Below, in pieces: positions 27,388-36,300 of a DNA stretch of 64,000 bases. The stretch comes from a virus. The position numbers were made by a program, and so were the translations under genes. The notes under the pieces were generated by a model. It was not told where the DNA came from and ran no database searches. It was given only the letters and a program-made list of their open reading frames with translations. Numbering within the stretch: the stretch's first letter is position 1; the number at the start of each line of letters is the position of its first letter. The stretch lies in the IMG/VR virus record IMGVR_UViG_3300031952_000005, positions 1 through 64,000 of that record; one strand, given 5' to 3'.

Positions 27388-27525
27388 TTACTTACCCTGT
27401 CCTCTGTACAATTTCTTGTAATTCTTTGAAGATTTTAAAAGAGAAGATTTAGTTTTAGAATGCACACCTGGTCTAGATACTTTCTCTTTAACTTTTATTG
27501 TTGTTGTTTGTGATATTTTTGCCAT
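27388..27525 (-). CDS. Unannotated 45-aa very basic peptide (MAKISQ...RPGVHSK...NYKKLYRGQGK)
   Basis: Translated by hand; starts right after the upstream stop and ends at the terminator. Confidence 0.75.
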   Translation of the reverse strand: MAKISQTTTIKVKEKVSRPGVHSKTKSSLLKSSKNYKKLYRGQGK

Positions 27526-27526
27526 C

Positions 27527-27892
27527 TTACGTTATTAATAAAATTGTATAAATAATTATTCCTATTATAGAAGATATAAACCAAGAAGCAACTACATCTT
27601 TGTCACTTTCAAATTGATTAGGTCTGCTCTTTCCTTTATAACTTGCATACATACCTTGTGCTCTTTCAAACCCCCAATATAAAGCAAGTGGTACAGCTAG
27701 TAATACAAAGTATTGAAACCACAATGCTTCATTAAGTTTAAAAGATAATTTTAATAATGGAGCAAATCCTATTATAAAAAACACACTTACAAAAATGTGT
27801 TCAATCCAATTGCTTGCTACAATTTTCTTCTTACTTTTCATATCTTGAAAATAAGCAGCAAATACTGATTTCCAATAATTTAATTTTTCCAT
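27527..27892 (-). CDS. Multi-pass membrane protein
   Basis: Three hydrophobic segments. Confidence 0.7.
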   Translation of the reverse strand: MEKLNYWKSVFAAYFQDMKSKKKIVASNWIEHIFVSVFFIIGFAPLLKLSFKLNEALWFQYFVLLAVPLALYWGFERAQGMYASYKGKSRPNQFESDKDVVASWFISSIIGIIIYTILLIT

Positions 27893-27905
27893 TTTGTTTT
27901 TGTTT

Positions 27906-29387
27906 TTAAATTTTATAATATTTTAATGTGTAAACTATTCCTGTAAATGTATCTGTTACTTTTATAATATACCAACGACTTTTTAGTGTGGTTAAATTAT
28001 TGCTAGTTGATTTTAGTATTCCTGATAAATTATAAACACCTATTGTATATGAAAATAAATTAGTAACTTTAATTATATTGTTCTCAACGTAAACTGTAAC
28101 AACTGGTTTTGGGGGTGATACAGTTCCTATTGTTACTGTTTGATTTAATTTGTTATACCCTATTACTGAATTGTATATGTTTATATTAGCAAATCTTATT
28201 GAGTATGCTGGATTAGTTAATGTCTTATCTGGTATGTTTAAGCATATTTCATAGAATCCAAAAGGTACATTATGAGAGAGTAAATCATCAGAGATTGTTA
28301 TTGTTGTACCTGCATCCCATCTTCTAATATCAGTGTTTAATTTAAAGGAATACACTAAACCATCTGCTGTATTTTTTAAAACTATGTATGCATCTCTTTG
28401 ATTATAAATATTTGCAAAACCTACATTTTTTATATTTAAAGTAATAACATTATTTGTTATATTTGAACTAACTAACTCAAATCTATAACCAAGTCTGTTT
28501 TGAATTTCATTATAACATTCTTGTGTTCTCCATAAATCCAACGTTGCAGGGTAGTATCCAAAGTTTAAATAATTATAATGAAACCTTGTTAACCAACCAA
28601 ACACTACTGCACAATCTTGTTTTGTAGCAAATAGTGCATTTGATTCTCCCCCACAAAAAGTATATTTTGATTGAGAATCTAAATAAGTATATTCAGTTGT
28701 TGTATTTTTAAATGTACCTGAATCAGAGTTACTAGATAAAAAAGCATCGTTATGCAAACCTATTCTTGAACTGTTAGTTCCTTCAACCATTTGTTGAAAA
28801 TAAGGAGTTCTAAGCATTACCAATCTTTCAGGTGCTAGTTCCATTATTTTTAATCCTATTTCTTTTCTATCTGCTATATTTTGAGTTGTTAGCACACCTT
28901 TATCCCCATAATTAGATGTATAATACCATTCTCCATATTGACCTATAAAACCAGCCTCAACTACATGAATAACATCTTGATTAGGAATAGTAATTACTTT
29001 TAATTGTTCTATGTGGTTTAGCAATATAATTTTACTAGCATCTACGTTGTCAGCTTCAGTATATCTAAATCTAAGAATACATTTAACACCTGAAGCTCTT
29101 AATGTGTTAAAATCAGTTTGAATATTATCTAAAAAAGTTTGAGAAATTGGGGTATTCTTAAACGCTCCTAAATCATAAATTCTAAGTATTAGTGTTATGT
29201 TTTCTGAAGTCCTCATTGTAGTTAATGAAGATTGAGATAGAAATGAATAAGTGCCTATACTATTTGATTTACTATACTTATACCAACCTCTTTCAGGATT
29301 GGCAAAATTGGTGTTGTCAGAAACATACGTAACTGATTGGCTAAAAGATAGTGTAGTGAATAATAATAATAAAAATAATTTTTTCAT
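27906..29387 (-). CDS. Secreted DUF4874/DUF4832 glycoside-hydrolase-like protein with signal peptide and T9SS-like C-terminal domain
   Basis: Signal peptide MKKLFLLLLFTTLSFS/Q; NPERGW, LRFRY, GFIGQYGEW, HNDAFL, GGE, LGYRF, NVGFA, YSIRFAN; Pro linker then VYNLSG...L...WYIIKV...KYYK. Confidence 0.8.
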   Translation of the reverse strand: MKKLFLLLLFTTLSFSQSVTYVSDNTNFANPERGWYKYSKSNSIGTYSFLSQSSLTTMRTSENITLILRIYDLGAFKNTPISQTFLDNIQTDFNTLRASGVKCILRFRYTEADNVDASKIILLNHIEQLKVITIPNQDVIHVVEAGFIGQYGEWYYTSNYGDKGVLTTQNIADRKEIGLKIMELAPERLVMLRTPYFQQMVEGTNSSRIGLHNDAFLSSNSDSGTFKNTTTEYTYLDSQSKYTFCGGESNALFATKQDCAVVFGWLTRFHYNYLNFGYYPATLDLWRTQECYNEIQNRLGYRFELVSSNITNNVITLNIKNVGFANIYNQRDAYIVLKNTADGLVYSFKLNTDIRRWDAGTTITISDDLLSHNVPFGFYEICLNIPDKTLTNPAYSIRFANINIYNSVIGYNKLNQTVTIGTVSPPKPVVTVYVENNIIKVTNLFSYTIGVYNLSGILKSTSNNLTTLKSRWYIIKVTDTFTGIVYTLKYYKI

Positions 29388-29713
29388 AATTTAATTGCAT
29401 CTATACAATGCTTCTCGGTTAATATCCACACAAGAACTTTTCCTGTATTTGTTAAATTGTTAGTTAATATGTTCTTTCCTAATACACTTGATATTGTTTC
29501 TCCTTGTAATCCAAATGGATAAGATATTTTATTTTTAATAAGATGGTTATTCCAAAAGGTCCTAAACTCTACATTTCCCCAAACATCTAGATTAATAGCT
29601 GTGCTTCTGAAATAACCCTTCTTGTTTTTTACTTCAATAAAATTTACAATAGTCATTACAAAAATAAGAATTAATGCTATTACAAATAATAAAAATCCGA
29701 TTATCTGTTTCAT
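29384..29713 (-). CDS. Phage membrane protein (ETISSxLGK family)
   Basis: N-terminal TM; D..GN, ETISSVLGK, HC..A. Confidence 0.7.
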   Translation of the reverse strand: MKQIIGFLLFVIALILIFVMTIVNFIEVKNKKGYFRSTAINLDVWGNVEFRTFWNNHLIKNKISYPFGLQGETISSVLGKNILTNNLTNTGKVLVWILTEKHCIDAIKL

Positions 29714-29714
29714 C

Positions 29715-30989
29715 TTATACTCCGTAACTAGCTACTTGACTACCTGTTGAATCAACTGTTGCACAATTTTGCAACCTAACTGCAACAGCTGTTGAACTTG
29801 TTCCTAATTCTGTAACAAACTGAGCTGGCGTCATAAGTAAACTTCCTACAGTTGCATCAGTCAAAGTACCTAAAAGAACTGTATTAGGATTAGGAACTCT
29901 AAGAGTACCAGTGAATTCACTTGCAGCACCATATACTGTTCCAAATCTAACATTATTAGTGGTTGGTTGTCCCAATGCACCTGATGAACCAATATACATT
30001 ATTTGATTACCACTTGCAAAAGTCTGATAAGTTATTGATGTAGTAGTTGGTTCTATTGTTATTTTAGGTGCAAACACTGCTTGCCATTGATTATGATTAA
30101 ATAATAAACCACTCACCTTAACTAAACCTTGTGTACTAGCAACTCCATTACCAGCACCATTTGGTGATAAAACAGATATTGGACCACTAACTGTAACACC
30201 ACCTGTAGTTGTACTAACACCAGCGCCAGTATTATTAACATTGATAGCTCCTGTTACACTTACAGTTGCTGTAGGTGAATTAATTGCAGCACCTACACCA
30301 GTATTATTTATATCTCCAATAACATTTACTTGTGTTCCACCAGCAATATTTGCATTACCACTTGTATTTATCTGTCCTGTAATATTTATTGTTCCACTAG
30401 CTGAAATAATCCCACCACCAGCAGCACCACCACCACTAACTATTCCGTTGATATTTAATGTTCCACCAGCTACAAGAATACAAGCATTTCCAGATGAAGC
30501 ACCAGCACCTGTTGTTGATACAATACCATTTATAGTTAAGATACCTGTTGATGTTCCTTGAATATGATATCTACCACTAAACGTACCTGTATTATAAGTA
30601 ATATCTCCATTAATTGTTAATGAACCTGTATTAGAATGTAATACACTAACTTGACTTGCTGTATTAGATATTGTTGCTGGTAATGTAACATTAAGAGTTG
30701 CTGTAGTTCCACTACCACCAGCAAATTGAACTGGTGGTGTAGTAGAACCTATATAGATACCTTGACTTGATGTGCAAGTTAAATTACTACCATTATTTAA
30801 GTTAAATAGTCCACCAGCTACTATTGGTGCAGCAGCTGTACTTCTAACAGATAATACAGTAAAAGCTCCATTTACTTGAACAGTAAAATTATTTGAGAAT
30901 ACATCATCAGCAGCAGTTGGTACAGTACCAGTATTCCAAGTTGAACCACTTGACCAGTTTCCATTTGCTATTGCATATACATTTGCCAT
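29715..30989 (-). CDS. Gly/Thr-rich beta-helical fibre or receptor-binding protein
   Basis: GNWS..STW...VP..DDV start; periodic LTING/INITG repeats. Confidence 0.65.
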   Translation of the reverse strand: MANVYAIANGNWSSGSTWNTGTVPTAADDVFSNNFTVQVNGAFTVLSVRSTAAAPIVAGGLFNLNNGSNLTCTSSQGIYIGSTTPPVQFAGGSGTTATLNVTLPATISNTASQVSVLHSNTGSLTINGDITYNTGTFSGRYHIQGTSTGILTINGIVSTTGAGASSGNACILVAGGTLNINGIVSGGGAAGGGIISASGTINITGQINTSGNANIAGGTQVNVIGDINNTGVGAAINSPTATVSVTGAINVNNTGAGVSTTTGGVTVSGPISVLSPNGAGNGVASTQGLVKVSGLLFNHNQWQAVFAPKITIEPTTTSITYQTFASGNQIMYIGSSGALGQPTTNNVRFGTVYGAASEFTGTLRVPNPNTVLLGTLTDATVGSLLMTPAQFVTELGTSSTAVAVRLQNCATVDSTGSQVASYGV

Positions 30990-30995
30990 ATCTTA

Positions 30996-31304
30996 TTAAA
31001 GTTGTTTTGTATTTATAAAGTATTGAATACCTGTTATGATATATCCCATTGCCTGAGCTAAATCTGCATCATTTTCTGCTTCTTTGTAAATGTCAGTCAT
31101 ATAGATAGAATACCTACCATCAGTATATACATCCATTAAACCATTAGGTAAAACTCTATAAGGTGTTAAAAGCATTGATACATTACCTTCAATGTCTGCT
31201 GCTGGTGTTGTCTCATCATATTTAGGTGAGATAGCTAAATTTACTAGTAAGTATGGATATGTAAATCCATTATTTTCTATTACTCTTGTTGTTGAAATTG
31301 GCAT
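30996..31304 (-). CDS. Hypothetical protein, possible fibre accessory
   Basis: ORF track; lies between fibre genes. Confidence 0.65.
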   Translation of the reverse strand: MPISTTRVIENNGFTYPYLLVNLAISPKYDETTPAADIEGNVSMLLTPYRVLPNGLMDVYTDGRYSIYMTDIYKEAENDADLAQAMGYIITGIQYFINTKQL

Positions 31305-31332
31305 ATTATTTTTTTTATATTTTGTTATTTTA

Positions 31333-33258
31333 TTATGTGTATATTACTGTTACTCTGTCTGTCCAAGCAACATTTGTTGCAACACCTTTTGTTACAGAAC
31401 CAAAAGCATTTATAGTTAATCTTGTTATTGTCCAAACATTAGCTGATTCAGAACTTCCTTGAACAGCATAACCATTATATGAATAACTATTACTACCATC
31501 AAAGTTAGTAAAAGAATGTCTTCTAATAAATGATGAACCAGGTGTAACATTCAATGGAATTGGAACAAATGTTCTTACAGGTGTAGTACCACCAAATTGA
31601 AACTGATAACTTGGGTTTGAACCACCAGCTATTCTATTAGCATAAAATTTTAATACTATTCTATCTGTTGATAGAAAATTACCATCATTCCATAAACCAA
31701 TTGCAAAAAACTCAGAATAGGTACCATTACCAATAGGTAAAGTATTATCAGATGTTGCTACAAGTGTTTCTGTTCCACCACTAGTTCTTTTATAAGCTTG
31801 AAAATAAAAAGTAGCATCACCACTACCACTTACTCTTCTTATGTTACCAACAGTTGTAATGTTAAATACACCAGGGTTGCCAATTATAATATTTACTGGT
31901 GATGCTAATGCAGAAATAAATTGTGATGTACCAGTAATAGCACCTGTTGATACATCTGTAGCACCAGTGTTATAACTTGGGTCTGTTATACTAGTAACTA
32001 ATTTAGAATAACCACTAATATCACTAGCAGCAGTTGTTGGATATAAAATTAAGTTACTTGGTAAATCTTGTAAAGATATAAAATGTGTGCTACCATTATC
32101 ACCATCGTTTATTAATTCTGATGTTTTGGTTACCGTTGTACCCAATGTACCATCACCTTTTACATATTGAGCTGTTGTACCTGCACCTGTTATAGCAAAT
32201 GTTCCTGATGAAGTTATAGGAGTAGTAGGTGTAACATTAAATGCTGAAGGTAAAGTTAGTCCAACAGAAGTTACTGTTCCTGAACCTGAAGATATTGTCC
32301 AACTTCTATCAGCAGTTAAATCATAAGTAACGCCATTAATAGTTAATGTTCTTGCATTTGTTACAGGAGTATACCCAAGAGCTGTTGTTACATCTGAAGA
32401 TGTTATTCCTGTTAAGTATATAGATGTATCAAGAGTGAATACGCCTGCGGCTGTCATTTTTACAAATGGTGTACCGCTAGTCCATGTAGGATAGTTTAAC
32501 GCTCCCCAAGTACCTACAGTTGGTATTGTAGGTTTATTTAATATCTGATTGTTACCAGTTGCTGAGTTCCAATTCATAGGTTGTTGAACAATTGGAAATC
32601 CTGTACCAATATTTGTCCAATATAGTGTACTAGTAGGTATTATAGAATCGTTACTAGCTATGCATCTGTAAACATCTCCAAGATAATATACAATATCACC
32701 TATTACATATTCATTATTTGTTGCTGCTAAGTGGTCTGTTGAAAATGGTAAAGCTGAAAGTATAGTTGGTGGTGGACTTACAATACTTGACCAGTTATAT
32801 GACACACCATCTATATTAATTGTATCAAGATCAATAGTTAAATTATGTGCAGCATTTAAATTATCAACTATTTTTATAGTTGCAAATGCATCATTATTTA
32901 AATAAAGTGTTCTGTTATTTACAAAATTTGTAGATTGAATATCTGCAGTACTAGTACCACCAAAGTTAGAAATAGCATTTCCCGCATTAACAACTAACTG
33001 TAAAGATTGTTGTGGATTAATATTACTAATAGCATAATCTAATTTTTCAAGTGCTGATAGTACAGTATCATTTGCAGTAATTACGCCTGGAAGAGGTGTA
33101 AAGTTATCAAGTGGTCTATCTAATACTACATCAGAAATAGTTGTACCATCAAATAGTTTAAAATATCCATCTTTTAAATAAAATTTTTTAAAACCAGTTT
33201 GTACACCTCCAGGTGCTCCTGTATAATTAATAACATGTATAGGTGCAATAAATTTCAT
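31333..33258 (-). CDS. Mosaic tail/head fibre protein with a CBM5/12-like module
   Basis: YVIGDIVYYLGDVYRC..W module; fibre motifs ILNKPTIP, VTTALGYTP, GTVTSV, TSELINDG. Confidence 0.7.
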   Translation of the reverse strand: MKFIAPIHVINYTGAPGGVQTGFKKFYLKDGYFKLFDGTTISDVVLDRPLDNFTPLPGVITANDTVLSALEKLDYAISNINPQQSLQLVVNAGNAISNFGGTSTADIQSTNFVNNRTLYLNNDAFATIKIVDNLNAAHNLTIDLDTINIDGVSYNWSSIVSPPPTILSALPFSTDHLAATNNEYVIGDIVYYLGDVYRCIASNDSIIPTSTLYWTNIGTGFPIVQQPMNWNSATGNNQILNKPTIPTVGTWGALNYPTWTSGTPFVKMTAAGVFTLDTSIYLTGITSSDVTTALGYTPVTNARTLTINGVTYDLTADRSWTISSGSGTVTSVGLTLPSAFNVTPTTPITSSGTFAITGAGTTAQYVKGDGTLGTTVTKTSELINDGDNGSTHFISLQDLPSNLILYPTTAASDISGYSKLVTSITDPSYNTGATDVSTGAITGTSQFISALASPVNIIIGNPGVFNITTVGNIRRVSGSGDATFYFQAYKRTSGGTETLVATSDNTLPIGNGTYSEFFAIGLWNDGNFLSTDRIVLKFYANRIAGGSNPSYQFQFGGTTPVRTFVPIPLNVTPGSSFIRRHSFTNFDGSNSYSYNGYAVQGSSESANVWTITRLTINAFGSVTKGVATNVAWTDRVTVIYT

Positions 33259-33272
33259 AGTAAATAATATGT

Positions 33273-33292
33273 TACACTATAATATACAAAAT
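33273..33292 (-). promoter_or_regulatory. Candidate late promoter motif (minus strand TTGTATATT)
   Basis: Related motifs lie upstream of other late genes at about 26202-26217, 61990-62005 and 63700-63715. Confidence 0.45.
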
Positions 33293-33302
33293 TATATACA
33301 AA

Positions 33303-36300
33303 TTATTGATTACGTTTCATAATATCTATTCTCCAATTTGGATCTGCAATGTCTCTAAAGTTTTTAATACCAGTAAGATCGTAAAAATCTTTCATGATTT
33401 TTGCATCACCTTTCTCGTAACCACCAGCTTGTCTCATGTAGTGAGAATCTTTCCAGATTTCATATTTCCATCCACCATCATCTTCATCTGGTTCTTCTGA
33501 ACCATTAATTATCATTGATAGCATTAAGTTTAACATGTGACTACTTGTTGCCATTATTGCGTTTAACTCTCGAGTGTATGCAGTAAATGTTGTAAAGTTT
33601 TTAATATATTCTTTAGAACCTCCTCCAACAGGAAACATTGAGTTTGTTTCACCTTGCACACCCCATAAAACTCTGATTGCATTACCTTCTAAGAAAGAAA
33701 GTTCTTCATCATCATCATCTTTTTTACGAACATATACTAGTGCCATCATACTTAATACAGTAAATAACGCCATCATTATTGCATCGCGTTTTGCTTGATT
33801 AACTTTTCTACTATAAAAGTCATTCATTTTACTTTTGTTAGAACGCATTATGTGTTTGCTACCTAGTACTACATGTTTTGCAACTTCTCCTGGACCATAG
33901 TATTTTACTGCAGTAGCAAATGCTCTCCAGTATCCAACAGCAACTTCGCCTGCTTCATAGTTAGGTCTAAGATATCCAAATCTATTTAACATCTGAGGTA
34001 TTACATATTTTCTAAAGAAAAATACAAGTTTACCAGTTACAGTTTCTTCAAATGCAGTTTGATCTGATTTAGCATAGTTACCCTGTGCTCTACGCATTTC
34101 AGAATAAATAGTATTTCGCAATCTGTTTTCATCTTCTTGTGTATATTCTACATCAGCACGTCTTACAATAGCACCACTGGTATCTTTAATATATACTTCA
34201 TGTGCAGGTATAACTTCCTCTTCTCCTTCTGCATTCTTTCTGTATACTTTTTGACCATTTGCATCAATATCAAATGTTTTATATTTGTAACGATTTAGTA
34301 TAGCATACATTACTGTTACACCTATTTCAGTGTCACCTTTATCTTGTAATAAATATCCAAGTTCTTGTACATTCATTGCTTTTGCTAATAATCTTCTTGA
34401 GCTGTCACCAGTAACTTCATCAACGTATTTTAGATAATCTTTTTGCATTGGATTAAATAATCTGTACATCATGGTAGATTTACTAATGTCACTAACTCTA
34501 CCCCAGTCACCAAAATAGTTTTTGATAAATGCGTTTTCACCAAGTCCATATACTTGTCCTTTTGCCCACATGTAGTCTTCTTGACTGTAGTGATCACTTT
34601 CTAATCCACCTGCAGCAATGAATGCTTGTACATTACCAGATACGTAGTTCTTAGTCTGGTTAACAACATCAAATCCAATTCTGATAAAACTGGTATACGA
34701 CATTACATTATTTACAATCTTGGTAAGTTTTCTATTAAGATATGTAAGTGACTGATCTTGTGCATTAATAAACTTTCTCCTTTCAAATTTAAGTATAGAA
34801 ACCACATTATCAAGTTCTTTAAGACGTTTGTTCATATCAATAGGTCTACCATCTTTATCTGTTACAACTGCTTTGTTTTGAATAGACTTTTTTAAATCTT
34901 CAGATAGTAATTCTATACCTGCAATAAATATATCTCCTACTGGTGCAATTTCTTGCATTGCAATATTATAATGTGCTTCAGTAGTCCATTTAATTAAACA
35001 TCCTATTGCGTCTTTTGATTGCATGTTCTCAGGAAGTTGATCATTAAATCGCTGTCTAATTCTACCACCATTATCACCAAATGTATTATTTACAGTATCT
35101 TGTACACTATGCGTTTTCCATGCTTTGTCAATGTATTGCTCCCATCTATTTTTTGCACCTTCAATTACACCTTCTCTTGAGAAGTTCTGCATTGTAGTTG
35201 ACGCAAATCCAGGAACCATGTATCCAATTTTTTTACCATCTGTTCTTACTTGCAGGTCAAAAAACATCTTAGTTAGTTTATTATAGAAATTGAACAACTG
35301 TGGATCTTGCATTATGTTCATGTATTTACCACTAATATTTTCTGCTTTATAAGCAGAACGATCAATTTGATACACATCATCAGCATCTTTGTATATACCT
35401 TTTGGCATTGGTATACCATCAGGTGATTTTAAAAAGTCTGGATTATAAGATGATTCCTTAAGTTTTTTGATTTTGTATTTTGGATGAGGCAATGTTTCCA
35501 TAAATTCAGCAGCAGCACTAGGTGCAGGAAGTCTCTGATAGTTAAATGATTTTGCAACCATTCTTTTATAAATGTCTTCTTCAGTATCTAGTATACTTTT
35601 ATACGCTTCTTCATGAGTTAGATTGTACCATTTTTGAAATTCTTTTTCGTGTATGTCAAACTGATTTTCTTGGTCAATAACAGCTTTTGTTGCTTCAGTA
35701 ATTAAAGCAGCATCTTTTAAATCTTTTGCTTTTTCTAATGTTAGTTTTGCATTTACTAGTAATTTCTTAGAACTATACAATGCTTTTATTTTTACATCTC
35801 TTATTCTAAGATATGATTTAGTCAACTGCATTGACGCAATTCTGTTAATCTGTTCTTTTATAGAAGTAGATCTTTGTTTTTCTTCTGGAGTTAACTTACT
35901 CATATCAAAAGTCTTACCTTCAAATATAGACTCAAGTTGTGCTTCTATATCAGCAATGTTTTCAGCATCTTCTTCTGTAACAAATTGTGATTGAAGTATA
36001 CCTGCTACTTTGTGAGGTTTTAATATTTCTGAACGCTGTTTTATTAAATCAGCAACAGCAGAATCAGAACCAAATATTTCTGCGCGTTGTTCGTATAAAT
36101 CTGATAATACAGTGTACCATCCTTTTACCAGTTGACCATTAACTTCTTTGTCAGAAGTAGGAACAGTAACCTGGTTATCTTCAAACCATTTTTTAAGTAA
36201 CTCAGGATGCTCTTGAAACTTTGCAATTGCATCTGCTTTTTTTCTTTCAAAGTATGCTATACTTGTATCAAAATCAAAAAGATTATTAAACTCTTCCATG

